This document shows positions 1 through 9,249 of a stretch of DNA of 64,000 nt, piece by piece. Location of the stretch: IMG/VR virus record IMGVR_UViG_3300032265_000877, positions 23,611 to 87,610 of that record. One strand, 5' to 3'. The DNA comes from a virus. Both the position numbers and the translations under genes were made by a program. Under the pieces are notes generated by a model, which worked only from the letters and a program-made list of their open reading frames with translations, was not told the DNA's origin and made no database searches. Within the stretch, counting starts at the first letter, position 1. Each line of letters opens with the position of its first letter.

Positions 1-537
1 CATGATGGAGTACAGCTCTTCAGGCTTACCATTTTCAATAGGGGTACCCGTAAGAGCAAAGCGATAAGGGGTCTGAATTAGCTTCTTAACTTGCTTGGAG
101 CGCTTAGACTTAAATGATTTAATGGCCGTAGCCTCATCAAGGACTACAAATCCTCTAGGGAGTCCTTCAACAAACTTCCAGTCGTTGACCACTTGTTCGT
201 AGTTAAGAATAATGTAATCAACCCCAGAGTTACGCCAATCATAAGCCTCTTGGTATTGCTTTTCTCTTTTAGACGGGGTTCCATCAATGACCAAAGCGTG
301 TGAAGTGCCATCTGTAAACTTCTCAATCTGGTTAGCCCACTGGTATTTAAGTGAGGATAAGCAAATGATAAGGCCTGGCTCATCTATTTTCCGCTCATCC
401 ATCAAGCGTTCTATAGCGGCTATGGTAATAACAGTCTTACCCAAACCCAAGTCATAGGCAACCAGCATGCTAGAGCGGTCACACATGCGATCTACTGCCT
501 CAGGTTGATAAGGGAGAAGCGTCCCTGTAAAGGTCAT
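1..537 (-). CDS. SNF2-family (SF2) helicase/ATPase, N-terminal part (runs off window start)
   Basis: Own translation from ATG at 537: MTFTGTLLPYQPEAV..AYDLGLGKT (motif I)..VVLDEATAIK (motif II)..ALTGTPIEN (motif III); ATGA overlap with upstream gene. Confidence 0.9.
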   Translation of the reverse strand, partial: MTFTGTLLPYQPEAVDRMCDRSSMLVAYDLGLGKTVITIAAIERLMDERKIDEPGLIICLSSLKYQWANQIEKFTDGTSHALVIDGTPSKREKQYQEAYDWRNSGVDYIILNYEQVVNDWKFVEGLPRGFVVLDEATAIKSFKSKRSKQVKKLIQTPYRFALTGTPIENGKPEELYSIM

Positions 538-1067
538 ACAAACAAACCTACCATACGAGCTTTAATCATTGCCTCAAGATCTTCAAGAGCGCTATCGTTA
601 ATAAAGATGCAATCAACAGGGTAATCGTTTAACTCGTTCTCGGATACATGGTTATTTATTGGACCAACTCCTGGGCGTTCTACCCGCCAAATCGGCCCAC
701 CAAACACATCCTTTACCCACACGGCTTCATTTATAAATCGCACGTCAGTAATAACATAGTTGGCAGTTCTATCTAAATTCTTTGTGGCTTCTAAAACCCA
801 ATGATTGTCGCCAAAGATCTTACGAGCGCCTACGCCCAACGACTGTAATAACCTTCTAACCTCAGGCTTTGCTTTAGTAAGTTCCCAGCCATAGTCTTCA
901 AGCATAGAGCTTAAGTGATGGCCATTCTCAAGAATAGGGTCCATCTCAACCAGTAGGTCTTTTATCTTGTCCGCAAAAGCTACGCGCGTAAAACCATAAT
1001 GCTCAACAAGAACTTTAGCTACTGAGTCTTTACCGCTTCTAGCAAACCCTGTAAGACCGATGATCAT
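534..1067 (-). CDS. Deoxynucleoside monophosphate kinase
   Basis: IIGLTGFARSGKDS P-loop, FADKIK, RRLLQSLG, VITDVRFINE and HVSE motifs typical of phage dNMP kinases. Confidence 0.88.
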   Translation of the reverse strand: MIIGLTGFARSGKDSVAKVLVEHYGFTRVAFADKIKDLLVEMDPILENGHHLSSMLEDYGWELTKAKPEVRRLLQSLGVGARKIFGDNHWVLEATKNLDRTANYVITDVRFINEAVWVKDVFGGPIWRVERPGVGPINNHVSENELNDYPVDCIFINDSALEDLEAMIKARMVGLFV

Positions 1068-1990
1068 GCAATAGCCTTCTCTCCACGAATCATGTGCTGT
1101 GCGTTCTGTAACCCCATCAAGACCTCTGCGCGACTCATGGCGCCTACATCTTTTACATCAATGTCTTTGTAGTTAAAAAACCAAGCCTCAGCTTTTAGTT
1201 CTCGGCATCGTGTAATCATATCTCTAGAGGCTACTTTGCCAGCCTCATCGTTGTCAAAAGCAAAAATGATGCGGTCTGCCCCACGAATAGCGCTTAACTG
1301 CTCAATGCTAATAGCGCAGCCAAAAGTAGCAACGCCTCCTGTAATTCCTATTGAGGCTAAGCGAACAACATCTAAAGGAGACTCAACAACAATCATGTCG
1401 TCCGATTTGTACTGTTGATACCCAAAAAGAGCTTTGCCCTTTTTCATACCTTTTGGATGGTTATTAAAGTAACGAGTACTGAAGCCTTTTTCTTGCCACC
1501 CTAGTAACGTTCCGTAGACATGGCGTACAGGGATGATCCAGTTACCACGATGACGATCCCATCTAATCCCATATAAGTTAGCGGCTTCACGGGTTAATCC
1601 CCTAGCCTGTAAAGCCTCAGCAGGGACATCTACAAAGGCACCGAGCATTGACTCAGTAACTCTAACTGCCTCTTCTTCCTGCTTCTTCTCTGGCTCAGTC
1701 AAACGCATAAGACGCGCTACCAAGTTGAGGTTGGTGTTAGCCCAGTCAGTTGCTTGGTCTAACGGAACACCACGAACATATGCAACTAACGAGTAAAGGT
1801 TGCCCTTAAACCCACAAGAAAAACAGATGTGAGCGCCGGAATCGGCGTTGATATACCAAGAGGGGTTACGATCTGGATGCCCTGTTCGCTCCTCATGTGC
1901 TGGGCATTCCCCTTGCACTTCCCAACCACGAGTTCCAATGACCTTAATGCCAAGGTCGGCAAGAGTCTCCTGCATCTCTTCTACTGTCAT
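1064..1990 (-). CDS. DNA primase (CHC2 zinc finger + TOPRIM)
   Basis: CPAHEE..CFSCG zinc finger; VVESPLD and FDNDEAG TOPRIM motifs. Confidence 0.92.
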   Translation of the reverse strand: MTVEEMQETLADLGIKVIGTRGWEVQGECPAHEERTGHPDRNPSWYINADSGAHICFSCGFKGNLYSLVAYVRGVPLDQATDWANTNLNLVARLMRLTEPEKKQEEEAVRVTESMLGAFVDVPAEALQARGLTREAANLYGIRWDRHRGNWIIPVRHVYGTLLGWQEKGFSTRYFNNHPKGMKKGKALFGYQQYKSDDMIVVESPLDVVRLASIGITGGVATFGCAISIEQLSAIRGADRIIFAFDNDEAGKVASRDMITRCRELKAEAWFFNYKDIDVKDVGAMSRAEVLMGLQNAQHMIRGEKAIA

Positions 1991-3219
1991 AGGTCGTTGT
2001 TATCCATCTCTCTAAAAGCGCCAGTGTTCCAATCCCACATTAGTGACACCTCACTAAGGCCTGAGTTACGGCTGGCAATAACACGAAGCAATCGGGTGTC
2101 ATCTACGTTCTCATCCTCGCGCTGAAGACCAAAGATAACGTCAGCATCTTGGTGGAAAGATGAAGAGTAACCGATAGAGTCTGCGCTAACCTGACCCTTT
2201 TTCATCTTCCATGCAAGAGCCTGAGTAGAGATAACAACAGGCTTGTTAATCTTCATAGCCAATCGCTTAAGGCTACGAGTGATCTGAGTGATGGCTTGTG
2301 GGGTATTGGACTCGCCTGTAACCTCATCAAACATAAGGTAGGTACCATCGATAAACACAATGTCTGGGTTCTTACCTTGAATCTTGCTGGCTACAGCGCT
2401 AACAGTCAAACCGCTGGAGGAGTCTGTAAACCAAAAGTCATCGTTCATAGACTGAATGCTGGTAACAATACGTTCGTATCGTTGCTCTTCTTCGTCTGTA
2501 AGCGTTCCTGTCATAAGGCGCTTGTGTGAGATGCGAGCGCGCATAGCGTAGTAACGAGTCTTCTGCTCGTTGTTGCTCATCTCAAAAGACATAAACATAG
2601 GCTTGTGACCGTTAAGGTGACAGTTAATAGCTATCTGCAAAGCAAGCGTTGACTTACCTGTCTTAGGGGGTGCAACAATAACTACTAGCTGACCTGGTTG
2701 TAGGCCTGAGGTAGAAGCATCCATAGTTGGAAAGCCGGTAGGTAGACCTAGTAACCCTGGACTGTTCTTACGGTTTATGTACTCTTCCATAGCAGACTTA
2801 GCTGCTTTTCTAATCTCAAGGTCGGTAGTAGAGCCAAGGCCTGTTTGTTCTAAAAGGGCAAAGCCTTGCTGCAACTTAAGAAGTGCGTCTTCGTGAGAGT
2901 TAGGCTTCTTAGACTCAAGTGACTGACTAGCATCAATCATCGTATTAATAATTAAAGACTTACGCCGTCCTTCTACTAACCTGTCAATGAAGTAGTCAAT
3001 GTGGTCTTCAACAACTGGTGGCGTGTAGTTTCTAAAGTTGGACTGAATGACTTCTAGGCTTGGGCACTCTTGATACTCAGTGTAGTGATGTTGTAAAAAC
3101 CTATACAGATTCTTCTCTTCAGTGTCAGAGAACCACTCTTCAGTAATACCGCGCTCAAGGGCATAGCCAATGCTCTTATCAGTAACGATCTTGCTTAATA
3201 GATAAGCTTCATTATTCAT
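1987..3219 (-). CDS. DnaB-like replicative helicase
   Basis: GLPTGF..GLQPGQLVVIVAPPKTGKS, SFEMS, IVFIDGTYLM, QDADVIFGL. Confidence 0.93.
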   Translation of the reverse strand: MNNEAYLLSKIVTDKSIGYALERGITEEWFSDTEEKNLYRFLQHHYTEYQECPSLEVIQSNFRNYTPPVVEDHIDYFIDRLVEGRRKSLIINTMIDASQSLESKKPNSHEDALLKLQQGFALLEQTGLGSTTDLEIRKAAKSAMEEYINRKNSPGLLGLPTGFPTMDASTSGLQPGQLVVIVAPPKTGKSTLALQIAINCHLNGHKPMFMSFEMSNNEQKTRYYAMRARISHKRLMTGTLTDEEEQRYERIVTSIQSMNDDFWFTDSSSGLTVSAVASKIQGKNPDIVFIDGTYLMFDEVTGESNTPQAITQITRSLKRLAMKINKPVVISTQALAWKMKKGQVSADSIGYSSSFHQDADVIFGLQREDENVDDTRLLRVIASRNSGLSEVSLMWDWNTGAFREMDNNDL

Positions 3220-3623
3220 AAGTAGTTGAAGTCCATTCCCCAGTGTCCGTACCGTAACAGATTTTTTGGCATGTCTATAACGCCAAGAACTTCAGGTCTG
3301 TAAGGCAAGTCTTGCATTACAGCCTCTATAGAATCGTAGGCTCTGGAGTAACGAAATGGGTTAGTCCCCATTGCATCTAAAGTAAGCATCAACTCTTCAA
3401 GGTCCTCTGAGTTAATCTCATATGAAATCATCTCAAGGGTGACCCCTTTGCGCGTGGTGTACAAGTAAAACTTACTAAGGATGTCTTTACGGAGCTTTAG
3501 CTCCCGATTAACCTTAGGGATGATTTTAAACCGTTTTGTAACACTGGATTCCACAATTGAAAACGCGTCTGTTGTAACGAGTATTCTCTTGGGGAGCTCA
3601 TTGCTGATGTCCCCGTTCTTCAT
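3216..3623 (-). CDS. Hypothetical protein in replication operon
   Basis: Translationally coupled ORF between SWIM protein and DnaB. Confidence 0.7.
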   Translation of the reverse strand: MKNGDISNELPKRILVTTDAFSIVESSVTKRFKIIPKVNRELKLRKDILSKFYLYTTRKGVTLEMISYEINSEDLEELMLTLDAMGTNPFRYSRAYDSIEAVMQDLPYRPEVLGVIDMPKNLLRYGHWGMDFNYL

Positions 3624-3929
3624 TTAGTAGACCTCAATCCTTCCGTACTTAATGACAAACTCTCTAAAGTTTTGAGCCGACTTCTTAGCCTTATCTGCGT
3701 CTTCTTCTGTAGCCCTACTAGATATCTCTAGCGGGTAAGTCCCATTGTTACTGTCAATGCGGGACTTAACAAAACGTGAATGCTTACAAGTACTACGCCC
3801 TCTAAACCCAGGGCAGGTGCAGAATAGAGTACCTTGCTCATCCCCTGATACCTCATAGATACCTGGTCCAGGGCTTTGAGTCTGACTCAAAAAGACCTGA
3901 ATAAGCTTGGTAGTCATTGCTCTACTCAC
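3624..3929 (-). CDS. SWIM zinc-finger protein
   Basis: CTCPGF..CKH = CxC-x(n)-CxH SWIM signature. Confidence 0.8.
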   Translation of the reverse strand: MSRAMTTKLIQVFLSQTQSPGPGIYEVSGDEQGTLFCTCPGFRGRSTCKHSRFVKSRIDSNNGTYPLEISSRATEEDADKAKKSAQNFREFVIKYGRIEVY

Positions 3930-4609
3930 TTTCTTAGATCCGATGTCTTGATAACTACGCTCATGAAAGACTCGTGAGCAAAACTCTCAGTTGCATCCCC
4001 ATATACAGAGCCCCAATTTTTTAACAAGATATTTGTAGTAACAATAGTAGGCAGTCCATTGTTAAATCGTGTGCGCAACACATGATGCAACATACTTTTT
4101 TGCCATCCAGATAAAGATGCGTGTTCTTTACCTAGATCATCAATGATCAGTACACGTATGTTGTAAGAGTCGTTTGGACAGTCACCCAAGAGGCCTTGAT
4201 ATAAAATCTGACTGTCGTCATCAGCGTCTTCCATTAGATCGCCTTTAAGATTAAGTATGTCGTTAAAGGTAATGAAGTAGCAAGGACGTATAAGCACACG
4301 ACCCTCTTTAACGTCAAAAGCCTCAATAGGGAACCGCGTCATAATCTCTTGAATGATGGAAAGCGCTAACGTAGTTTTACCGTGACCAGGCTCTCCACAG
4401 AGAAGTAACCCTCTACCGCATCTAGAGTTGCCTACAGAACGAACAACCTCTCCGTTCTCTAACGCATCCATCCAAACGTCAATTGAGTCACGAGCAGCTG
4501 TTGTTATAACGGTGCAGTCATCTAGTAACCAGCCAAGGCGGTTTGGATTTATGTTTGCAGCCTTTACCCAAGCCTTGCGTCGTATCTTTAACTCATCAAG
4601 ATTAAACAC
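3926..4609 (-). CDS. DnaC/IstB-like AAA+ helicase loader
   Basis: GLLLCGEPGHGKT Walker A, VLIIDDLGKE Walker B, R-x-NNGLPTIVTTN. Confidence 0.88.
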   Translation of the reverse strand: MFNLDELKIRRKAWVKAANINPNRLGWLLDDCTVITTAARDSIDVWMDALENGEVVRSVGNSRCGRGLLLCGEPGHGKTTLALSIIQEIMTRFPIEAFDVKEGRVLIRPCYFITFNDILNLKGDLMEDADDDSQILYQGLLGDCPNDSYNIRVLIIDDLGKEHASLSGWQKSMLHHVLRTRFNNGLPTIVTTNILLKNWGSVYGDATESFAHESFMSVVIKTSDLRK

Positions 4610-5430
4610 TAGAACCTTTCCAACTGCCGCTTAGATATCTCTTTAGCTTTTTCTACATCTTCAGAGGTGATAGTGCTTTGTTGAGCCGCTATCTGCAGGC
4701 TACCAAAGTCACGAAGGAACAATCGCCAGACCATATCAGAGTCCTTGATCTTCTTCTCATGATCTAGCCGACCGAAGAAGATATCCATCATCTTGACCTC
4801 AACGTCTCCTGTAGTGCCATAACTCTTTCGCGCCTTTGCGTACGCCGTTTTAAATACCGCTCGAGAACCCTCCCACGGAGTTATGTCCCACCTGACCATG
4901 CGGTTGGCGAACTCAAAGACTGCGTTGTCTATAGACCAATGGTTTGGATCGCGATTGATATTGGCGGCCATAGCCTTTTCAGCCTTAGCGTTGCGAGCCT
5001 CGCGGTACTCGCGGTCACGGAGTTCTTTATCTCGGCGCTTGAGCTCGGCCATCTCCTCGGGGTCTTGCTCTATTTGACCTAATGAGTTCCATTCATCATT
5101 CATCGCTTCTTCTCCCCGTTTGGCTTCGCCAAACCCTATTTTTTTACTTATAAATGTATTAGTATTTAGTACTAAATTGCTATACAGCTGTGACTGCTGT
5201 ATCAGAAGTGCCGATTTGGGACTCCCATCGGTTAGCCGCGAAACGGTAATGTACTTGCCGTTGATAACCTCCCGAGTGGTTTTAATGTAGCCAGCCTCTC
5301 GGAGCTCCTTTAAGACAGCCAGCATGGTTTTGCGACCCTCTGAAAAAATCCGAGCAAGGTTCTCAGCGCTGATATTAGCCTCTGATTCTTGTAGATACAT
5401 GTAGACCCCTAGGGCACGGGCTGAAATCAC
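4609..5430 (-). CDS. Putative replication initiator (N-terminal winged HTH)
   Basis: ISARALGVYMYL..LKELREAGYI resembles phage replisome-organiser wHTH; directly upstream of DnaC-like loader. Confidence 0.65.
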   Translation of the reverse strand: MISARALGVYMYLQESEANISAENLARIFSEGRKTMLAVLKELREAGYIKTTREVINGKYITVSRLTDGSPKSALLIQQSQLYSNLVLNTNTFISKKIGFGEAKRGEEAMNDEWNSLGQIEQDPEEMAELKRRDKELRDREYREARNAKAEKAMAANINRDPNHWSIDNAVFEFANRMVRWDITPWEGSRAVFKTAYAKARKSYGTTGDVEVKMMDIFFGRLDHEKKIKDSDMVWRLFLRDFGSLQIAAQQSTITSEDVEKAKEISKRQLERF

Positions 5431-6089
5431 TCCCTAGACCCCTTCTTGGGCGTTTCTGTGGCCTTCAGGAGTTCGGCTGCCACCTCTCTGGCGATCATTT
5501 TAGCTAAAGCTTGGACACCTAGATAAAAGTCCTCAGCCAGCTCCTCATCCTCTAGGTCTTCGTCGTCAAAGTCCTCAAGGTCCTCAAGGTCCTCTTCGAC
5601 TTCCTCCTCTGGCTTAAAGAACTCTTCCAGCTCAGGGATAGACGGGTTCAATATAACCTCAGACGCGCCTGGGTTGAACTTAATCGGCATCAAGCCCTCG
5701 GTCAGATCAAAAGAAGGCACCTTATGCTTGTCAAAGATGCTTAAGAGGTTATTGGTGCCTTGATCCTCATCATCTACCAATATAAAGGCTATGACGTTGG
5801 TGCCTTTTAATTTAGTGCACGCAGTATCAAACGGAGTGTCGGAGTGGCTTACCGATGAAGAGGGTATGCCCTCATAGTTAGCGTCTTCTCTGCAGAAGAG
5901 CAGTATGTCTTTGCTCTTGTCTTTAGCAAGTTGCGCAGCAAAGATCTGCCCTTGACTTGGGCGCTTCTCATACGGGAATACAAAGGTAACGTCTTGTCCG
6001 TGCCCGTATACGTAGTCTTCAATTAGTGCTTCTACATTTGCGCGGCTGGTCTGTCCATCACCGGCAACTATTACGTAGTATTTGTCCAT
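5427..6089 (-). CDS. Hypothetical protein with strongly acidic C-terminal tract
   Basis: Alpha/beta N-terminal domain then EEEVEEDLEDLEDFDDEDLEDEELAED. Confidence 0.7.
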   Translation of the reverse strand: MDKYYVIVAGDGQTSRANVEALIEDYVYGHGQDVTFVFPYEKRPSQGQIFAAQLAKDKSKDILLFCREDANYEGIPSSSVSHSDTPFDTACTKLKGTNVIAFILVDDEDQGTNNLLSIFDKHKVPSFDLTEGLMPIKFNPGASEVILNPSIPELEEFFKPEEEVEEDLEDLEDFDDEDLEDEELAEDFYLGVQALAKMIAREVAAELLKATETPKKGSRE

Positions 6090-6124
6090 AGGACCCCCTG
6101 ACTTAGGGGGCCTACGCTAGCACA

Positions 6125-9100
6125 TCAGGTTTGCGGTTGTGCAAGATACACGGCGGCGGTACTTCCAAGAGGCAGTACTGCCGCTAATGTTGACCCAAAT
6201 AGACGGGTTTGAACTGCGTACTTGTTTTTATAGTAATGGCTACGCGCGGCATTTGCAGACCCCCCTTCCCATACAAAGTCTGAAGCGTCTCCTGGACCAC
6301 CTGAGCCGTCAAAGTATGCAAGGACTTGTCCGTAATTTTCAAAGAGAGCTTGGTCAATATAAAGCACGTCGCTATTGGCTACAGAACTCCAGTTAATTTC
6401 TGCACTTGCGTATGCCGCGTTAGTTGGGGCCGCTCCAGTTACATATGGACGCGAGTAAGGTGCAGTGGCTGAGACAGGTGTTCCTATTACGGTACTGATT
6501 AATGTGTATGACGAGTCGTACCAGTTGATCTTTGTGGTAACAGTTTCAGTAGTTCCGCCTGTCCACGCGTAGCAACTAAATGTGTAGGACGTGTTTGGGT
6601 AGTAGATATTAAGTAGTTGACTGGTGGTTGACCCGTCCCAAGACTTTACTACCACCGAAGTTGTTCCTGTACCAGTCAAGATAAGAGAGTGGCCAGTTTG
6701 ATAAGCAGAACCTGATGTAGCAAGTGATGCTTGGTCAGCAGCCGTTACTGCATATGAGAATGTATACAGTGTTACTGCTGTGATAGTGCGGTTACCGTTG
6801 TAGTTGGAAGAGGTAACTCCAGAGCCAGTTATGTTCGCAAGTGTTACTGAGCTGCCCACTTGTAGAGTGTGAGGGGTTGACACAGTTACAGTAGCTACGT
6901 TAGAGCTTATAGACGTAGCAGTTACTGTGTAAGCAATTGTATTTGGCTGCTTTACTGAAGAGTTTACAGCGGCAGTTGCTGACCCAGTAGTTGTCCAGGG
7001 AGCAGTGGTGCTAGCAAAGTTAGGGTTAGTTAGTTCGTTAATTCTGTTGGCACGTAGTGTCAAGTGGATCTGACGAGCGTCATCAAACGAGGTTGGAGTG
7101 CCTGCTATTTCAAATTGACCGGCATCAAAGAAATGGTGCTCATTAGTTGCTGAGCCACCAATGGATGCAATTGATACTCCAGGGCAAGCATAAACCGCAC
7201 CAGTCGGTGCGACATCCGATACATAAAATCTATAAGAACTGAAGAAAGTGGCAGTGTTATCTGTTGTTCCAGTGGTGCCCGTAGCAGTTCCTGAACTTGG
7301 AGTTGAGGTGCTAAGTAAAGCACCAAAACGGTCAAACCATTTAATCTTTGTGGTTATCGTTCTTGCAGTTGACCCAGATCCTTTAGCCGCATAAATACTA
7401 AAACAGTAAGTTGTTCCCGCTACTACAGGAATTCCGTTAGTTACTGGCGCATCGTCACCACAGTATGCGTTAATGGTTTGCTGGCTTGTAGAAGTGTTGT
7501 ATAGAGCAAAAATTCCATTAGCTTTGTTAGGAAATAGTGTAGGTGCCGTCGACTCTACCCAAGGACTTGGGTACGGAGTTATTAACCCGTACTGCCCCGT
7601 AACAGGGTTGTACCCTGAACTTGCGGGTAAGTTGGTTGCGCTTGTAAGAGCAAAGCTGATAGAGGTTGGTGTAACCGCTGTAATGGTGTAAGGGGTTACA
7701 GAGTTAAAGAGAGGATAAGGCAAACCACTTACGGTGATGTAGTTACCTACGTCGTACTGTTGGTTGTAACTTGCGCTAAATGTCAGGGTAGCTACGTTAG
7801 AGGTTACCGCAGCGGTAAGAATAGGCAATACAGGTAGCTGGTCATAGTCAGCGGTGCCGTCAATAGATATCCAGTGACCCGTGCTTTCTTCAAAAGATGA
7901 GTCGTTGTAGTCAAGCATTAAGTTATGGCCAATTTGCACGCCCGCAACACTTGGGTTTGGCGTTACTGGGATAACCGTGTAACTTCCAGAGGCTTTGGCA
8001 AACAAGTATGTGGACAGGGTTAATGTGCGAGTAGTAGTGCTGGTATTAGCCACATTTGTAATAAGGGTATTTGGCTGAACACCATTGCCAAGTATCTCTG
8101 ATCCAATGGCTATAGCGGTTCCAGCAAGCACAGAAACTACTATGGTGTTAGTTCCCACAGCTCCACCAGAAGAATAGGTGTATAGAGTTGAACCAACAGG
8201 TTGAACTGGGTAATACTGCCCAGACTTTGTGCTTAGATTAAACGTCTCAGCCCCAAGAGGGTCCGGCACTCCCCACCCAGTAAATGATTTAATAAAAGCA
8301 ACTAACCCGTTGAGCGAGCCCTTTTGTTTTGTTAGGGTTACTGCTTCTCTAAGAAGAATGCGGTTCTGTTGTAAGCCGATTGCGGGTTCGTATGTTTGAC
8401 CAAACTGATTTAACATAGTAGGGATCAGTGTGCCGCTTACAGTCTCTGTGTTGTACTTATTCTCTAAAAGATCGGAGAGAGTTCGAGTATAGTCAAGCTG
8501 GAAACCAAAATTACTTAAGAAGCTGTATAGATCTGGGTTGTCCCAGTCAGACGTGGCGACATAAGGCTGCGAGATCTTATAGATCTCAGGCAAATAGTTA
8601 TACAAGTTATCGGTGTTGCCATAGTTTTTTACGGACAAACCAATTGCGTTACCTGCGTTAGTCCACCTGTACTGTGTTAAGTTATACACAAAAATTGAGT
8701 AGTAATAGAACTGTCCTTGTGTTAATCCCGCAATTACAAATGTTCCTGTTCCGTTTACTACCGAGGAAGATTCAGCATTAATTACTGTAAAAGAGTAAGA
8801 GGATCCAGGTATCACCGTTGCCACAGACGCTACTATAAATAACCCGCTGTAGCCTGTGGGTAAAATACCAGAAATGTTTACGCTGGCTCCGGGAGAAACT
8901 TGTTGATAAGACGAAGAGTAAGTATAGGTTGAATATAGTGCCGTACTAGTTACTGAGGTAATTGAAAATGTAGGTGATGTTGAGTTGACCCCAGAGTCAA
9001 TAAAAGTAACAGGATCTTTGCCATTGGCTGCAGTTAATACTTGTACTCCGTCGTATACGTTTACTGGAAAGCCGTAGCTGTTTCTAGTAATAGTTAAGTT

Positions 9101-9247
9101 AGCCCAACTACCGCTTGGGTCTGTCCAGTTTAGTAAAATGCTTCCGTAGTTATATGGAATGGCCGTAAAGGGGGTGGCGTCAAACTTAATTGGGTTGTCG
9201 CTACCGTAGTAGTCGACTCCATAGTAACTTAATCCGTAGCGCGACAT
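6125..9247 (-). CDS. Baseplate wedge/tail protein (P2 gpI-like) with carbohydrate-binding-like and small beta-barrel inserts
   Basis: LYNYLPEIY..KGSLNGL..FTGW gpI-like segment; two CBM4/9-like modules (NDSSFEES..W; NELTNPNF); follows baseplate J. Confidence 0.75.
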   Translation of the reverse strand: MSRYGLSYYGVDYYGSDNPIKFDATPFTAIPYNYGSILLNWTDPSGSWANLTITRNSYGFPVNVYDGVQVLTAANGKDPVTFIDSGVNSTSPTFSITSVTSTALYSTYTYSSSYQQVSPGASVNISGILPTGYSGLFIVASVATVIPGSSYSFTVINAESSSVVNGTGTFVIAGLTQGQFYYYSIFVYNLTQYRWTNAGNAIGLSVKNYGNTDNLYNYLPEIYKISQPYVATSDWDNPDLYSFLSNFGFQLDYTRTLSDLLENKYNTETVSGTLIPTMLNQFGQTYEPAIGLQQNRILLREAVTLTKQKGSLNGLVAFIKSFTGWGVPDPLGAETFNLSTKSGQYYPVQPVGSTLYTYSSGGAVGTNTIVVSVLAGTAIAIGSEILGNGVQPNTLITNVANTSTTTRTLTLSTYLFAKASGSYTVIPVTPNPSVAGVQIGHNLMLDYNDSSFEESTGHWISIDGTADYDQLPVLPILTAAVTSNVATLTFSASYNQQYDVGNYITVSGLPYPLFNSVTPYTITAVTPTSISFALTSATNLPASSGYNPVTGQYGLITPYPSPWVESTAPTLFPNKANGIFALYNTSTSQQTINAYCGDDAPVTNGIPVVAGTTYCFSIYAAKGSGSTARTITTKIKWFDRFGALLSTSTPSSGTATGTTGTTDNTATFFSSYRFYVSDVAPTGAVYACPGVSIASIGGSATNEHHFFDAGQFEIAGTPTSFDDARQIHLTLRANRINELTNPNFASTTAPWTTTGSATAAVNSSVKQPNTIAYTVTATSISSNVATVTVSTPHTLQVGSSVTLANITGSGVTSSNYNGNRTITAVTLYTFSYAVTAADQASLATSGSAYQTGHSLILTGTGTTSVVVKSWDGSTTSQLLNIYYPNTSYTFSCYAWTGGTTETVTTKINWYDSSYTLISTVIGTPVSATAPYSRPYVTGAAPTNAAYASAEINWSSVANSDVLYIDQALFENYGQVLAYFDGSGGPGDASDFVWEGGSANAARSHYYKNKYAVQTRLFGSTLAAVLPLGSTAAVYLAQPQT

Positions 9248-9249
9248 GG

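Noticed and set aside
144-383. 79-aa ORF from the track
   Set aside because: Out-of-frame shadow inside the SNF2 helicase gene
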